The notes below the pieces were generated by a model. It made no database searches. It had not been told where the DNA came from and was given only the letters and a program-made list of their open reading frames with translations. Positions 1-9,092 of a stretch of 64,000 nucleotides of DNA are shown here, piece after piece. The stretch comes from an uncultured Oscillospiraceae bacterium (GTDB taxonomy: Bacteria; Bacillota; Clostridia; Oscillospirales; Oscillospiraceae). The DNA lies in contig CALWXL010000003.1 in assembly GCA_944385485.1 (NCBI GenBank), positions 9,398 through 73,397 on the forward strand, read 5' to 3'. The position numbers and the translations under genes were made by a program. How positions within the stretch are numbered: position 1 is the stretch's first letter; each line of letters opens with the position of its first letter.

Positions 1-1754
1 TCAACATTGTGGACGCCACCAACCTGAGCCGCTCTCTGTTTTTCACCACCCAGCTGCTGGAGCTGGGCATCCCCGTGGTGGTGGCTCTGAACAAGCAGGA
101 CTTAAACGAGAAAAAGGGCACCAAGATTGACGTGCCTGCCCTGTCCAAGGCGCTGGGCTGTCCGGTGGTGGAGACGGTGTCCACCTCCCAGAAGGGTCTT
201 TCTCAGGTGGTAGAGGCCGCCGTGGCCCAAAACGGCCAGGTGCAGACTGCCCCCTACACCCAGAGGGACGTAGACCTCACCGACAAGTCTGCCGTGGAGC
301 AGGCCGACCGCCAGCGGTTTGCCTTTGTGGGCCAGCTGGTGAAAAAGGTGGAGCAGCGCAAGGTGCTCACCCGCCAGACCAACACCCAGGACAAACTGGA
401 CCGGGTGCTGGCCAACCGCTGGCTGGGTATCCCCATCTTCGCCGTGGTGATGTTCCTGGTCTTTGACATCTCCCAGTCCCGCCTAGGCCCCTTCATTGCC
501 GATTTCCTGGTGGGTTGGATCGAGACTTTCCAGGGCTGGGTGGGAGAGCAGGTGGCCTCCGCCAACCCCTTCCTCCAGGCTCTGCTGGTGGAAGGCATCA
601 TCGGCGGCGTGGGCGCCGTGGTGGGCTTTTTGCCCCTGGTGATGGTGATGTACTTCCTCATTGCCCTGCTGGAGGACTGCGGCTATATGGCCCGGGTCAG
701 CGTGGTCATGGACCCCTTCTTTAAGAAGGTGGGCCTGTCGGGCAAGTCCATCATCCCCATGATCATCGGCACCGGCTGCGCCATCCCCGGCGTCATGGCC
801 TGCCGCACCATCCGCAACGAACGGGAGCGGCGCACCACCGCCATGCTCACCCCCTTCATGCCCTGCGGCGCCAAGCTGCCCGTCATCGCCCTGTTTGCCA
901 GCGTGTTCTTCTCCGACGCCTCCTGGGTGGGCACTTTGATGTACTTTGTGGGCATTGTCCTCATCCTTCTGGGGGCAGTGTTGGTGCAGAAGATCACCGG
1001 ACACAAGTACCGCAAGTCCTTCTTCATCATGGAGCTGCCCGAGTACAAGGCGCCCAGTGTCAAGCGGGCCGTGCTGTCCATGCTGGGCCGGGCCAAGGCC
1101 TTTATCATCAAGGCGGGCACCATCATTCTGGTGTGTAATGCCGCCGTGCAGGTGATGCAGAGCTTCAACTGGTCCCTCCAGCTGGTAGAGAAGGGGATGG
1201 AGCACACCTCCATTCTGGCCTCCGTCGCCCACCCCTTTGCCATTCTCATGATCCCCCTGGGCTTTGGCGTGTGGCAGCTGGCGGCCGCCGCCGTCACCGG
1301 GTTCATCGCCAAGGAAAACGTGGTGGGCACCCTGGCGGTGGTGTACGGCCTGACCCGCTTCATTGACGTGGAGGAAAAGGTGCTGATGGGAGGCGCCAAC
1401 GAAGTGGCCACTGCCATGGGCCTCACCGCCGTGGCCGCTCTGGCTTACCTCATGTTCAACCTGTATACGCCCCCCTGCTTTGCCGCCATCGGGGCTATGA
1501 ACTCGGAGATGCACAGCAAAAAGTGGCTGTTTGGCGGCATTGCCCTGCAAATCGGCACCGCCTACACCCTCTCCTTCCTGGTCTATCAGATTGGAACGCT
1601 GGTGACCACCGGCAATGTGGGCGTGGGATTTGTCCCCGGCCTCATCGCCGTGGTGTGCATCGCGGGCGTGGTCGCCGCCCTCATCCTGCGCACCCAGAAG
1701 CACCTGGCCCAGGAGTACGCCCTCAGTGACCGGAAAGGTAAGGTGACGGCGTAA
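1..1754 (+). CDS. feoB: Ferrous iron transporter FeoB (5'-truncated by window edge)
   Basis: Frame open from the window start (NIVDATNL, G4 motif ALNKQD). FeoB membrane domain with EDCGYMAR, GCAIPG, PFMPCGAKLP, AKENVV and LYTPPCFAA motifs. Confidence 0.95.
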   Translation, partial: NIVDATNLSRSLFFTTQLLELGIPVVVALNKQDLNEKKGTKIDVPALSKALGCPVVETVSTSQKGLSQVVEAAVAQNGQVQTAPYTQRDVDLTDKSAVEQADRQRFAFVGQLVKKVEQRKVLTRQTNTQDKLDRVLANRWLGIPIFAVVMFLVFDISQSRLGPFIADFLVGWIETFQGWVGEQVASANPFLQALLVEGIIGGVGAVVGFLPLVMVMYFLIALLEDCGYMARVSVVMDPFFKKVGLSGKSIIPMIIGTGCAIPGVMACRTIRNERERRTTAMLTPFMPCGAKLPVIALFASVFFSDASWVGTLMYFVGIVLILLGAVLVQKITGHKYRKSFFIMELPEYKAPSVKRAVLSMLGRAKAFIIKAGTIILVCNAAVQVMQSFNWSLQLVEKGMEHTSILASVAHPFAILMIPLGFGVWQLAAAAVTGFIAKENVVGTLAVVYGLTRFIDVEEKVLMGGANEVATAMGLTAVAALAYLMFNLYTPPCFAAIGAMNSEMHSKKWLFGGIALQIGTAYTLSFLVYQIGTLVTTGNVGVGFVPGLIAVVCIAGVVAALILRTQKHLAQEYALSDRKGKVTA

Positions 1755-1912
1755 TGGACTACATCATTCTGGGTGTGGTGGCGGTCATTCTGTGTGCTGC
1801 CATCGGGTACATTGTGAAAAAGAAAAAGTCCGGGGCCGCCTGCATCGGCTGTCCCGACGGGCACAGCTGTTCCCACTGTCAGGGGGGCGGCTCCTGCCAC
1901 TGTCACAAGTAA
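1754..1912 (+). CDS. FeoB-associated small Cys-rich membrane protein (52 aa; not in ORF track)
   Basis: ATG overlaps the feoB stop (TAATG). Translation MDYIILGVVAVILCAAIGYIVKKKKSGAACIGCPDGHSCSHCQGGGSCHCHK gives a TM helix, basic patch and Cys/His tail. Confidence 0.85.
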   Translation: MDYIILGVVAVILCAAIGYIVKKKKSGAACIGCPDGHSCSHCQGGGSCHCHK

Positions 1913-1919
1913 CATAAGA

Positions 1920-1959
1920 AAGCGAGACGATGCAGAGCATCGTCTCGCTTATCTTTTTT
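1920..1959. terminator. Bidirectional intrinsic terminator between convergent feo and fetB-like genes
   Basis: Perfect 14-bp stem aagcgagacgatgc/gcatcgtctcgctt followed by a T-run. Confidence 0.85.
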
Positions 1960-1963
1960 GCCC

Positions 1964-2740
1964 TTACAGCTGCAAAATCTGCCGTTTCTTATCATACAGG
2001 GTCTTACTGCCAAAGTACAGCGTTCCAAAGCAGGCGCAGGTCACCGCCGTACAGATGGCCACCATAATGGCAATCTGATAGAGGATGGAGGTCATGGGCA
2101 GGGTGCCCGCCAAAATCTGGCCCGTCATCATCCCAGGCAGGGAGACGATGCCCATGCCCACCATGGAGTTGAGGGTGGGGAGCATGGCCGTCTCCAGGGC
2201 CTGACGGACAAAGGGCAGCAGAATGTCCTCCGCCGAGGCCCCCACGCACACCAGGGCCTCAATTTTGCTGCGCTGGTCGTGGAGGGACTCCCGGAAGGTC
2301 TTGACCCCCAGGGACACCCCCGTCATGGTGTTGCCCATGACCATGCCCCCGACGGGGATGACATACTGGGGGTTAAAGAGGCTCTCCCCCACCACCGCCG
2401 CCACAAAGTAGGCCAGCACACACAGGCCAGCCAGGGCGATGGACACCCCGGTGACCAGGCGGAACCGGGGGTTCAGATCCTTGTTTTTCCCCAGCACCCG
2501 GTGGATGGAGAACCCGGTCATGGCCCCCAGATAGGCCACCACAAACAGGGGGTGGGGGTGTTCAAAGATATAGGTGAGGATGAGGCCTGCCACAATCAGC
2601 TGCACCGTCATCTTCATGCTGGACACCACCAGCAGGCGGGTCTGGTCGATGCGGCACAGCCGCATGACACCCAGCACCACCAGAAGCAGAAGATAAATGA
2701 GCAGAAATTGCCCGATTTGCAGTTGAATGATGCCTCTCAT
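1964..2740 (-). CDS. fetB: ABC transporter permease, UPF0014/FetB (YbbM) family
   Basis: Start MRGIIQLQ after GGAG. Motifs MTVQL, PQYVIPVGGMVMGNTM, GIVSLPGMMTGQILAG, YQIAIM. Confidence 0.85.
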   Translation of the reverse strand: MRGIIQLQIGQFLLIYLLLLVVLGVMRLCRIDQTRLLVVSSMKMTVQLIVAGLILTYIFEHPHPLFVVAYLGAMTGFSIHRVLGKNKDLNPRFRLVTGVSIALAGLCVLAYFVAAVVGESLFNPQYVIPVGGMVMGNTMTGVSLGVKTFRESLHDQRSKIEALVCVGASAEDILLPFVRQALETAMLPTLNSMVGMGIVSLPGMMTGQILAGTLPMTSILYQIAIMVAICTAVTCACFGTLYFGSKTLYDKKRQILQL

Positions 2741-3363
2741 ATCTCTCCCCCCACCACAATCACCTGATCGGCAAACAGCTCCACCAGTTTGGGGCTGTGG
2801 CAGACGCACAGGGCGGTGAGCTCCTGCTGTTTGCAATACTCCTTGATGTTGTCCAACACCTGCCGGGCCGTGGCCTCGTCCAAGGCCGCCGTGGGCTCAT
2901 CCAGCAGCACCACATCGGTGGCCAGAGAGAGGAAAATGGCCAGAAATACCCGCTGTCGCTCTCCCCCGGACAGGGTATCGCAGGGGGTATCCACCGGGAA
3001 GTCCAGGCAGCACAGGCGCAAAAACTCCGCCGCCCGCTCCTCTTCCACCCGTGTCTGTCGCCGGGCGTCATAGTAGAAGTGGAAGTTGTCCAGGATGGTG
3101 CCCTGGATGAGGTACACCGCCTGGGGCACCAGAAGCACCTGGCGGCGATAGGGCAGGATCTGGTACTCCTCCAGAGGGAGCCCGCGGAAGAACATGCACC
3201 CAGGGTCGGCGGGAATCGACCCGTTGAGCAGCCGCAAATAGGTGCTTTTTCCCGCTCCGCTGCGCCCGGTGACAAAGGCAAAGGTCCCCGCCTCCACCGC
3301 TATGTCCGGGTAGTGGAGAAAGTCCTGAAAGTGCAGGCGGGAGGTGGTGTGTATCCGTTCCAT
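2737..3363 (-). CDS. ABC transporter ATP-binding protein (FetA-like)
   Basis: Walker A GRSGAGKS, signature LSGGERQR, Walker B LLDEPT. Overlaps the permease start. Start MERIHTT chosen from RBS. Confidence 0.88.
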   Translation of the reverse strand: MERIHTTSRLHFQDFLHYPDIAVEAGTFAFVTGRSGAGKSTYLRLLNGSIPADPGCMFFRGLPLEEYQILPYRRQVLLVPQAVYLIQGTILDNFHFYYDARRQTRVEEERAAEFLRLCCLDFPVDTPCDTLSGGERQRVFLAIFLSLATDVVLLDEPTAALDEATARQVLDNIKEYCKQQELTALCVCHSPKLVELFADQVIVVGGEI

Positions 3364-3374
3364 GTCTCTCCCCC

Positions 3375-4043
3375 TCACCCGCGGATGTCCACCACCCGGG
3401 CCACCCCATCGGTGACCACAAAGTGTACCTCGAATCCGGCAAACCCAAAGCCGTACACCCGCTGGCTGTCGGTCTGGTAGGAGGGCCGGGGGTCCTGAGC
3501 CAGCACTCCGACCAGGGCCTCCCGCTTCTCCTCCGGCACCAGGCACAGCAGGTGGGCGGGAATGTCCACCTGCAGCTTGCGTTCCGGGGCGGTCTGGGCA
3601 AAGCCCCCCACCGCCTCCGGGTGGCAGTCGGCATAGGGCACATAGGGCTTGATGTCATAGATGGGGGTGCCGTCCATGAGGTCCGCCCCCGCCACAACAA
3701 TCACCGGGCCCTGGGGGGTATGCTCCTCCACCCTCACCAGCTCTACGCAGGACAATCCGATGGGGTTGGGGCGGAAGGGGGACCGAGTGGCAAACACCCC
3801 CATGCGGGCATTCCCGCCCAGACGGGGCGGGCGCACCGTGGGGGACCAGGGCTTGCCCACACTCTGGGAGAACTCCCAAATGAGCCACAGGTGGGAGAAG
3901 CCGTCTAAGCCCCGCAGCGCCTCCGCCTGGCGGTATTCCGGTTCAAAGACAATGGTGGCCTGGAGTTCCTTCACCAGCCCCGCCTGACGGGGCACACCGA
4001 ATTTACTGGTGAAATCCGTATGAATGTGGGCAATGGGTTTCAT
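3375..4043 (-). CDS. trmO: tRNA t6A37 N6-methyltransferase TrmO (TsaA)
   Basis: KFGVPRQAG, VRPPRLGGN, GVFATRSPFRPNPIGLS, DGTPIYDIKPY, QDPRPSYQ. Confidence 0.93.
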   Translation of the reverse strand: MKPIAHIHTDFTSKFGVPRQAGLVKELQATIVFEPEYRQAEALRGLDGFSHLWLIWEFSQSVGKPWSPTVRPPRLGGNARMGVFATRSPFRPNPIGLSCVELVRVEEHTPQGPVIVVAGADLMDGTPIYDIKPYVPYADCHPEAVGGFAQTAPERKLQVDIPAHLLCLVPEEKREALVGVLAQDPRPSYQTDSQRVYGFGFAGFEVHFVVTDGVARVVDIRG

Positions 4044-4064
4044 GAAAGCACCTCGTTTTTTCTC

Positions 4065-5273
4065 TTATTGTTCTTGGTTGTCCCGGGTGAGCAACTTCCG
4101 ATAGGTGGCGTCCATGCCAATGGCACCCAGGGGTGCGGTGATGAGAATGCCCAGCACCGCCACAGACAGCACGATGGGCCCGCAGGACAGCCCCATGGCC
4201 AGAGGCACCGAGCCGATGGCGGCCTGCACTGTGGCCTTGGGCAGGTAGGCGATGACACAGAACAGCCGCTCTTTGCCCGTGAGCTTGGTGCCCGCCACGC
4301 ACAGGCACACACCCACGGCCCGGAAGGCCAGGGCACACAGGATCATCAGCACCGCAGCCCCGCCAGCCTCCAGGGTATAGCGGATGTCCACGGCGGCGCC
4401 CACCAGCACAAAGAGGATGACCTCGGCGGCAATCCACAGCTTTCCAAACTTCTCAGACAGACGTTTGGAGACAAAGGTAGGGCTCTTGATTTTCAGCACA
4501 CAGGCCATGCTCACCACCGCCAGCAGGCCGGAGACCGACACGATACCCTCCAGCCAGGTCTCCACCGCCATGAGGGTGAAGGACACGCCCAGGACGATGA
4601 TGACCTTGGTGCTGTTGCGCACACAGTGCTGGTGGGCATAGGCCGTCTCGAAAAACCAGCTCAGGCCCCAGCCCACCAAAGCGCCCAGAGCCACCCCCAG
4701 CACAATGGAAATGGGGATGTTGACAAAGTCCATCAGGTTGGCCTTTCCACCCTGAGCCATGCCGGTAAAGGTGGTAAAGAGGACAATGACAAAGATGTCG
4801 TCACAGGAGGCTCCGGCCAGAATCATCTGGGGGATACCTTTTTTCGTGCCATAGCCCGTCTCCATCAGGCGCACCATCCGGGGCACCACCACCGCCGGGG
4901 ACACCGCCCCCAGCACCGCCCCCATGACGGCGGCCTCCATGACGTTGATGCCCAGCAGGTGGGGGGCCACCAGCACATAGCCTAAAATTTCAAAGCTGGC
5001 AGGGACAAAGGACATCATCACCGCCGGACGCCCCACCTGCTTCAGATCGGACAGGTTCAGGGACAGTCCCGCTTTCAGCAGGATGATGATGAGGGCCATT
5101 TGCCGCAGGTCGGCAGAGATGGACAGAATGGACGGGTCCAGCCAGTCCAGCACATAGGGCCCCACCACAATGCCCGTGATGAGCATTCCGATGATGCGGG
5201 GCAGCTTGAGCTGCTGGACGATGGCCGCCATAGATAGGCCCACCAGGAATATGAGTGCCAGGGATGTTAACAT
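4065..5273 (-). CDS. Cation:proton antiporter (CPA/NhaP-like)
   Basis: Multi-TM protein with AVSPAVVVP, AGASCDD and YLPKATVQAA motifs. Start MLTSLALI after AAGGAGG. Confidence 0.88.
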   Translation of the reverse strand: MLTSLALIFLVGLSMAAIVQQLKLPRIIGMLITGIVVGPYVLDWLDPSILSISADLRQMALIIILLKAGLSLNLSDLKQVGRPAVMMSFVPASFEILGYVLVAPHLLGINVMEAAVMGAVLGAVSPAVVVPRMVRLMETGYGTKKGIPQMILAGASCDDIFVIVLFTTFTGMAQGGKANLMDFVNIPISIVLGVALGALVGWGLSWFFETAYAHQHCVRNSTKVIIVLGVSFTLMAVETWLEGIVSVSGLLAVVSMACVLKIKSPTFVSKRLSEKFGKLWIAAEVILFVLVGAAVDIRYTLEAGGAAVLMILCALAFRAVGVCLCVAGTKLTGKERLFCVIAYLPKATVQAAIGSVPLAMGLSCGPIVLSVAVLGILITAPLGAIGMDATYRKLLTRDNQEQ

Positions 5274-5465
5274 AGTTGTTTCCTCCTTGCGGCCATAAAA
5301 CTTCATGGGCAGAGCGCACGGCAAAACCGGGATACCCAACGAGCACATGAAGTTTTCGTGCATCTTTTCCGGTTGCCCCAAAGGGGCGAGGAAATGGCAC
5401 ATTGTACTTTTTTGCTATATCTATATAGCAAAAAAGCCAATGCCCCCTGTGACCGAACAAAATCA

Positions 5466-5523
5466 CAGAAGTCATCAGCTGCATACAGCGGTTTCGGTTT
5501 CCCGTGGGAGGACTTCATTCCCT
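5466..5523 (-). ncRNA. Fluoride (crcB) riboswitch
   Basis: Minus strand reads GGGAATGAAGTCCTCCC-acgggaaaccg-AAACCGC-tgtatgca-GCTGATGACTTCTG. This fits the crcB architecture: GGGA/TCCC stem, GAAGTC/GACTTC pseudoknot, AAACCGC and GCTGATG. It starts just after a consensus promoter. Confidence 0.9.
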
Positions 5524-5529
5524 GGGGAG

Positions 5530-5558
5530 ATTATAGACCACCCTCTCCCGTTTGTAAA
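5530..5558 (-). promoter_or_regulatory. Sigma-A promoter for the riboswitch/antiporter transcript
   Basis: TTTACA-17 bp-TATAAT on the minus strand. Confidence 0.8.
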
Positions 5559-5573
5559 GTCTTTTTTCTCCCC

Positions 5574-5603
5574 TTGACAGCCCCCCTGTCCCACGGGTAT
5601 GAT
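5574..5603 (+). promoter_or_regulatory. Divergent sigma-A promoter for the AIM24-family gene
   Basis: TTGACA-18 bp-TATGAT. Confidence 0.65.
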
Positions 5604-5640
5604 AGAGTCATCCTAGATACAAAAAAAAGGGAGGGTTTCT

Positions 5641-6318
5641 ATGCGATACGAAATTACCGGCGGCGCATTCCCCGTGGTCATCTGCCACTTGGAGGACCGG
5701 GAGCAAATGATCACTGAGCGTGGCTCCATGGTGTGGATGAGCCCCAACATGCAAATGGAAACCTCCGGGGGCGGTCTGGGCAAGATGTTTTCCCGGGCCT
5801 TCTCAGGAGAGAGCATGTTCCAGAACATCTACACCGCCCGGGGCCAGGGCATGATCGCCTTCGGCTCCAGCTTCCCCGGCAAGATTATGCCGTTGAACAT
5901 CGGACCCGGCCAAGAGATGATCTTGCAGAAAAACGCCTTCTTGGCCGCAGAGTCCACGGTGGACCTGTCCATCCACTTCAGCCGCAAGCTGGGGGCGGGC
6001 TTCTTCGGCGGCGAGGGCTTTATCATGCAGCGCCTGTCCGGGCGTGGCGTGGCCTTTGCGGAAATTGACGGCGAACTGGTGGAGTACGACCTGGCTCCGG
6101 GGCAGCAGATCGTGGTGGACACCGGAAACGTGGCCGGCTTCTCCCCCACCGTCACCATGGACATCCAGCAGGTGCCCGGGCTGAAAAACAAGTTTTTGGG
6201 CGGCGAGGGTCTCTTCAACACCCTGCTCACCGGCCCCGGCAAGGTGTGGCTCCAGACCATGCCCATCTCCAACGTGGCCATGGCCATCCGCCCCTTCATC
6301 CCCACTGGCAACGGCTAA
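5641..6318 (+). CDS. TIGR00266/AIM24 family protein
   Basis: GES.F.N, GFFGGEGFIMQRLSG, VVDTGNV and FLGGEGLF motifs; RBS GGAGGG. Confidence 0.9.
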   Translation: MRYEITGGAFPVVICHLEDREQMITERGSMVWMSPNMQMETSGGGLGKMFSRAFSGESMFQNIYTARGQGMIAFGSSFPGKIMPLNIGPGQEMILQKNAFLAAESTVDLSIHFSRKLGAGFFGGEGFIMQRLSGRGVAFAEIDGELVEYDLAPGQQIVVDTGNVAGFSPTVTMDIQQVPGLKNKFLGGEGLFNTLLTGPGKVWLQTMPISNVAMAIRPFIPTGNG

Positions 6319-6333
6319 ACGGTATCCATCTGT

Positions 6334-6381
6334 GTGTCCCCGGCGGAATTGTCCATTCGCCGGGGACACCTTTTCTTTTTT
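6334..6381 (+). terminator. Intrinsic terminator
   Basis: gtgtccccggcg/cgccggggacac stem plus T-tail. Confidence 0.8.
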
Positions 6382-6469
6382 GCCTCTTTACATTATCTCA
6401 CTACTGTGCTAAAATACCGTCACTGGCCCCTCTATCCACAGAAGGGCACAACGAGGAGGATATGAGGAT

Positions 6470-7267
6470 ATGAAAAAGATGATTTCTCTGGCGCTGGCCC
6501 TGGCTATGGGGCTGAGCCTGGCCGCTTGCGGCAGCAAAGACGCAAAAAATACCGAGACCACCAGCGACCTGGCCTATGTCCAGGACAAGGGCACTCTGGT
6601 GGTGGGCATCACCGAGTTTGAACCCATGGACTACCAGGATGACAACGGCAACTGGGTGGGCTTTGACGCCGACATGGCCACCCTCTTTGCTGAGAGCCTG
6701 GGGGTGGACGTGGAGTTCCAGCTCATCGACTGGGACAGCAAGACCATGGAGCTGGACGGCAAGACCATTGACGTGGCCTGGAACGGCATGACCCTCACTG
6801 AGGACGTGAAGGCGGCCATGGAGTGCTCCAACCCCTACTTCAACAACGCCCAGGTGGTCATCGTCAAGGCCGACCAGGCAGAGAAGTACCAGACCGTGGA
6901 GAGCATCAAGGGGCTGAACTTCTCGGTGGAAAACGGCTCGGCGGGCATGGAGCAGGCCGATGCTTACTCCCTCACCTACACCCCCGCCCAGGACCAGGCC
7001 ACCGCTCTGCTGGAGGTGTCCTCCGGTACCGCCGATGCGGCCATCATTGACTACCTCATGGCCGTGGCCTCCACCGGCGAGGGAACCAGCAACCCGGACC
7101 TGACCTACACCGTATCCCTGGCCGACGAGCAGTACGGCGTGGGCTTCCGCAAGGGCTCCGACCTGGCCGCCAAGCTCAACGAGTTCTTCGCTGAAAAGTA
7201 CGCCGACGGCACCATGCAGCAGTTGGCCGAGAAGTACGGCATTGCTGACAAGCTGGTGGAACAATAA
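6470..7267 (+). CDS. Polar amino acid ABC transporter substrate-binding lipoprotein
   Basis: Lipobox LAAC; SBP family 3 motifs GFDAD, IDWDSK, WNGMT, YGVGFRKG. Confidence 0.92.
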   Translation: MKKMISLALALAMGLSLAACGSKDAKNTETTSDLAYVQDKGTLVVGITEFEPMDYQDDNGNWVGFDADMATLFAESLGVDVEFQLIDWDSKTMELDGKTIDVAWNGMTLTEDVKAAMECSNPYFNNAQVVIVKADQAEKYQTVESIKGLNFSVENGSAGMEQADAYSLTYTPAQDQATALLEVSSGTADAAIIDYLMAVASTGEGTSNPDLTYTVSLADEQYGVGFRKGSDLAAKLNEFFAEKYADGTMQQLAEKYGIADKLVEQ

Positions 7268-7346
7268 CCGCAGACCCCTCAAAGGCAGAGCGGAGGCTCT
7301 GCCTTTGAAATGTGTAGACAACATTGGTACATAAGGTGGTATTTCC

Positions 7347-8015
7347 ATGTTTTTAACGGTAATCGGCGCACTCAATGAGGGCTTTTTACAGACCTTAAAG
7401 CTGTTTTTCATCACCCTCTTGGGGTCGCTGCCCTTAGGGCTTGTGATTTGCTGGGGCTCCATGAACCGCTTTCCCCCTCTGCGGTGGCTGTGCCGGTTTG
7501 TGGTGTGGGTCATTCGAGGCACCCCGTTGATGCTCCAGCTCATTATCATCTTCTACATCCCCGGTATGGTCATGGACCAAAACCCCTGGCCCGCCGGAGA
7601 GACGGGGCGATTTCTGGCCTGCGCCGTAGCCTTCATCTTCAACTACGCCTGTTACTTCTCCGAGATCTACCGGGGCGGCATTCAGGGCGTCCCCAAGGGA
7701 CAGCAGGAGGCCGGGCAGGTGCTGGGCATGACAAAGGGACAGATTTTCTTCCACGTCACCCTGCTGCAAATGATCAAGCGCATCGTACCCCCCATGTCTA
7801 ACGAGGTCATTACTCTGCTGAAGGACACCGCCATTGCCCGTGTCATCTCCCTGCAAGAACTGATTTGGGCGGGCTACGCCTTCCTGAAAACCTCCCACGG
7901 CTACTCTAATCTGCTGTGGCCCCTGTTCTTCACCGGCGTGTACTATCTCATCTTCAACGGCCTGCTCACCCTGTTCTTCGGCTGGCTGGAAAAGAAGCTG
8001 GACTATTTCTCCTGA
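7347..8015 (+). CDS. Polar amino acid ABC transporter permease
   Basis: IRGTPLMLQ, SEIYRGGI, QQEAGQVLG, LLKDT motifs. Confidence 0.92.
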   Translation: MFLTVIGALNEGFLQTLKLFFITLLGSLPLGLVICWGSMNRFPPLRWLCRFVVWVIRGTPLMLQLIIIFYIPGMVMDQNPWPAGETGRFLACAVAFIFNYACYFSEIYRGGIQGVPKGQQEAGQVLGMTKGQIFFHVTLLQMIKRIVPPMSNEVITLLKDTAIARVISLQELIWAGYAFLKTSHGYSNLLWPLFFTGVYYLIFNGLLTLFFGWLEKKLDYFS

Positions 8016-8032
8016 AAAGGCGGGTGTGACAT

Positions 8033-8809
8033 ATGGCAATCTTAGAGGTAAACAACCTGGAAAAACACTTTGGGTCCACCCGGGTGCTGGAGGATATCAG
8101 CTTTGACCTGGAGAAGGGCAAGGCCCTGGCCATCATTGGCTCCTCCGGCAGCGGCAAGACCACCCTGCTGCGGTGCTTAAACTTCCTGGAGACCCCGGAC
8201 CAGGGCACCATCTCCGTGGGGGGCAGCGTCATCTTTGACGCCGCCAACCGCCGCAGCCAGACGGATGCCGAGATCCGCAAAAAGCGGCTCCACTTCGGCA
8301 TGGTCTTCCAATCCTTCAACCTGTTTCCCCAGTACACCGCCCTGAAAAACGTGACCCTGGCCAAGGAACTGCTGGCCCGGGAGCGGCCCGACTTCAAGGC
8401 CAACAAAAAGGCCATTTTGGAGGAAATCCGCCAGGAAGGTCTGGAACTGCTGAAGAAAATGGGACTGGAACAGCGGGCCAACCACTACCCCAATCAGCTC
8501 TCCGGCGGTCAGCAGCAGCGGGTGGCCATCGCCCGGGCCCTGGCCCTGAAGCCGGATATCCTGTGCTTTGACGAGCCCACCTCCTCCCTGGACCCGGAAC
8601 TCACCGGAGAGGTGCTGCGGGTGATCCGGGGCCTGGTGGAGCAAAAGACCACCATGATCATCGTCACCCACGAGATGGCCTTCGCCCGGGACGTGGCCGA
8701 CGAGGTGATGTTCATGGACAAGGGTGTCATCGTGGAACGAGGCCCCGCCCGTCAGGTCATCGAAAATCCCCAAGAAGAACGCACCCGGCAGTTTTTGGCC
8801 GGATACTAA
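8033..8809 (+). CDS. Polar amino acid ABC transporter ATP-binding protein (GlnQ-like)
   Basis: GSSGSGKT, VFQSFNLF, LSGGQQQRVAIARAL, FDEPTSSLDPEL, VTHEMAFA. Confidence 0.93.
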   Translation: MAILEVNNLEKHFGSTRVLEDISFDLEKGKALAIIGSSGSGKTTLLRCLNFLETPDQGTISVGGSVIFDAANRRSQTDAEIRKKRLHFGMVFQSFNLFPQYTALKNVTLAKELLARERPDFKANKKAILEEIRQEGLELLKKMGLEQRANHYPNQLSGGQQQRVAIARALALKPDILCFDEPTSSLDPELTGEVLRVIRGLVEQKTTMIIVTHEMAFARDVADEVMFMDKGVIVERGPARQVIENPQEERTRQFLAGY

Positions 8810-9000
8810 CATACTTCTCCAAAATGCAAGCATTTTGGAGAGGAGATACAGCCCGCTGCATGCATAATTGGGTCAAAGGGCGACCCAATTCCACACTGGC
8901 GGGCTGAGAAGTGTTTTTTTCGATGCGCATGTCCCCGAAAAAAACAGATTTCAATTTATTTTCCCGCCCCTAGGCGGGAAAACTCTGCCGATGGCTTTTC
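8809..9000 (+). repeat. Structured dispersed repeat family A, copy 1 (ends eroded)
   Basis: Strong similarity to 15338-15603 and to the reverse complement of 35988-36252 (cagcccgctg..ttgggtcaaagggcgacccaa..ccacactggcgggct..catgtccccg..gatttcaatttattttccc..gggaaaactctgc). Confidence 0.9.
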
Positions 9001-9051
9001 TCTATCGTGATGGCCACAGTTTTTACGTAAGATTTGGCTTTTGTTTCAATC

Positions 9052-9088
9052 GAAAAGCTCCCCATCGCTGTGCGATGGGGAGCTTTTC
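9052..9088. terminator. Bidirectional terminator
   Basis: gaaaagctccccatcgc/gcgatggggagcttttc inverted repeat between convergent genes. Confidence 0.85.
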
Positions 9089-9092
9089 TGTG

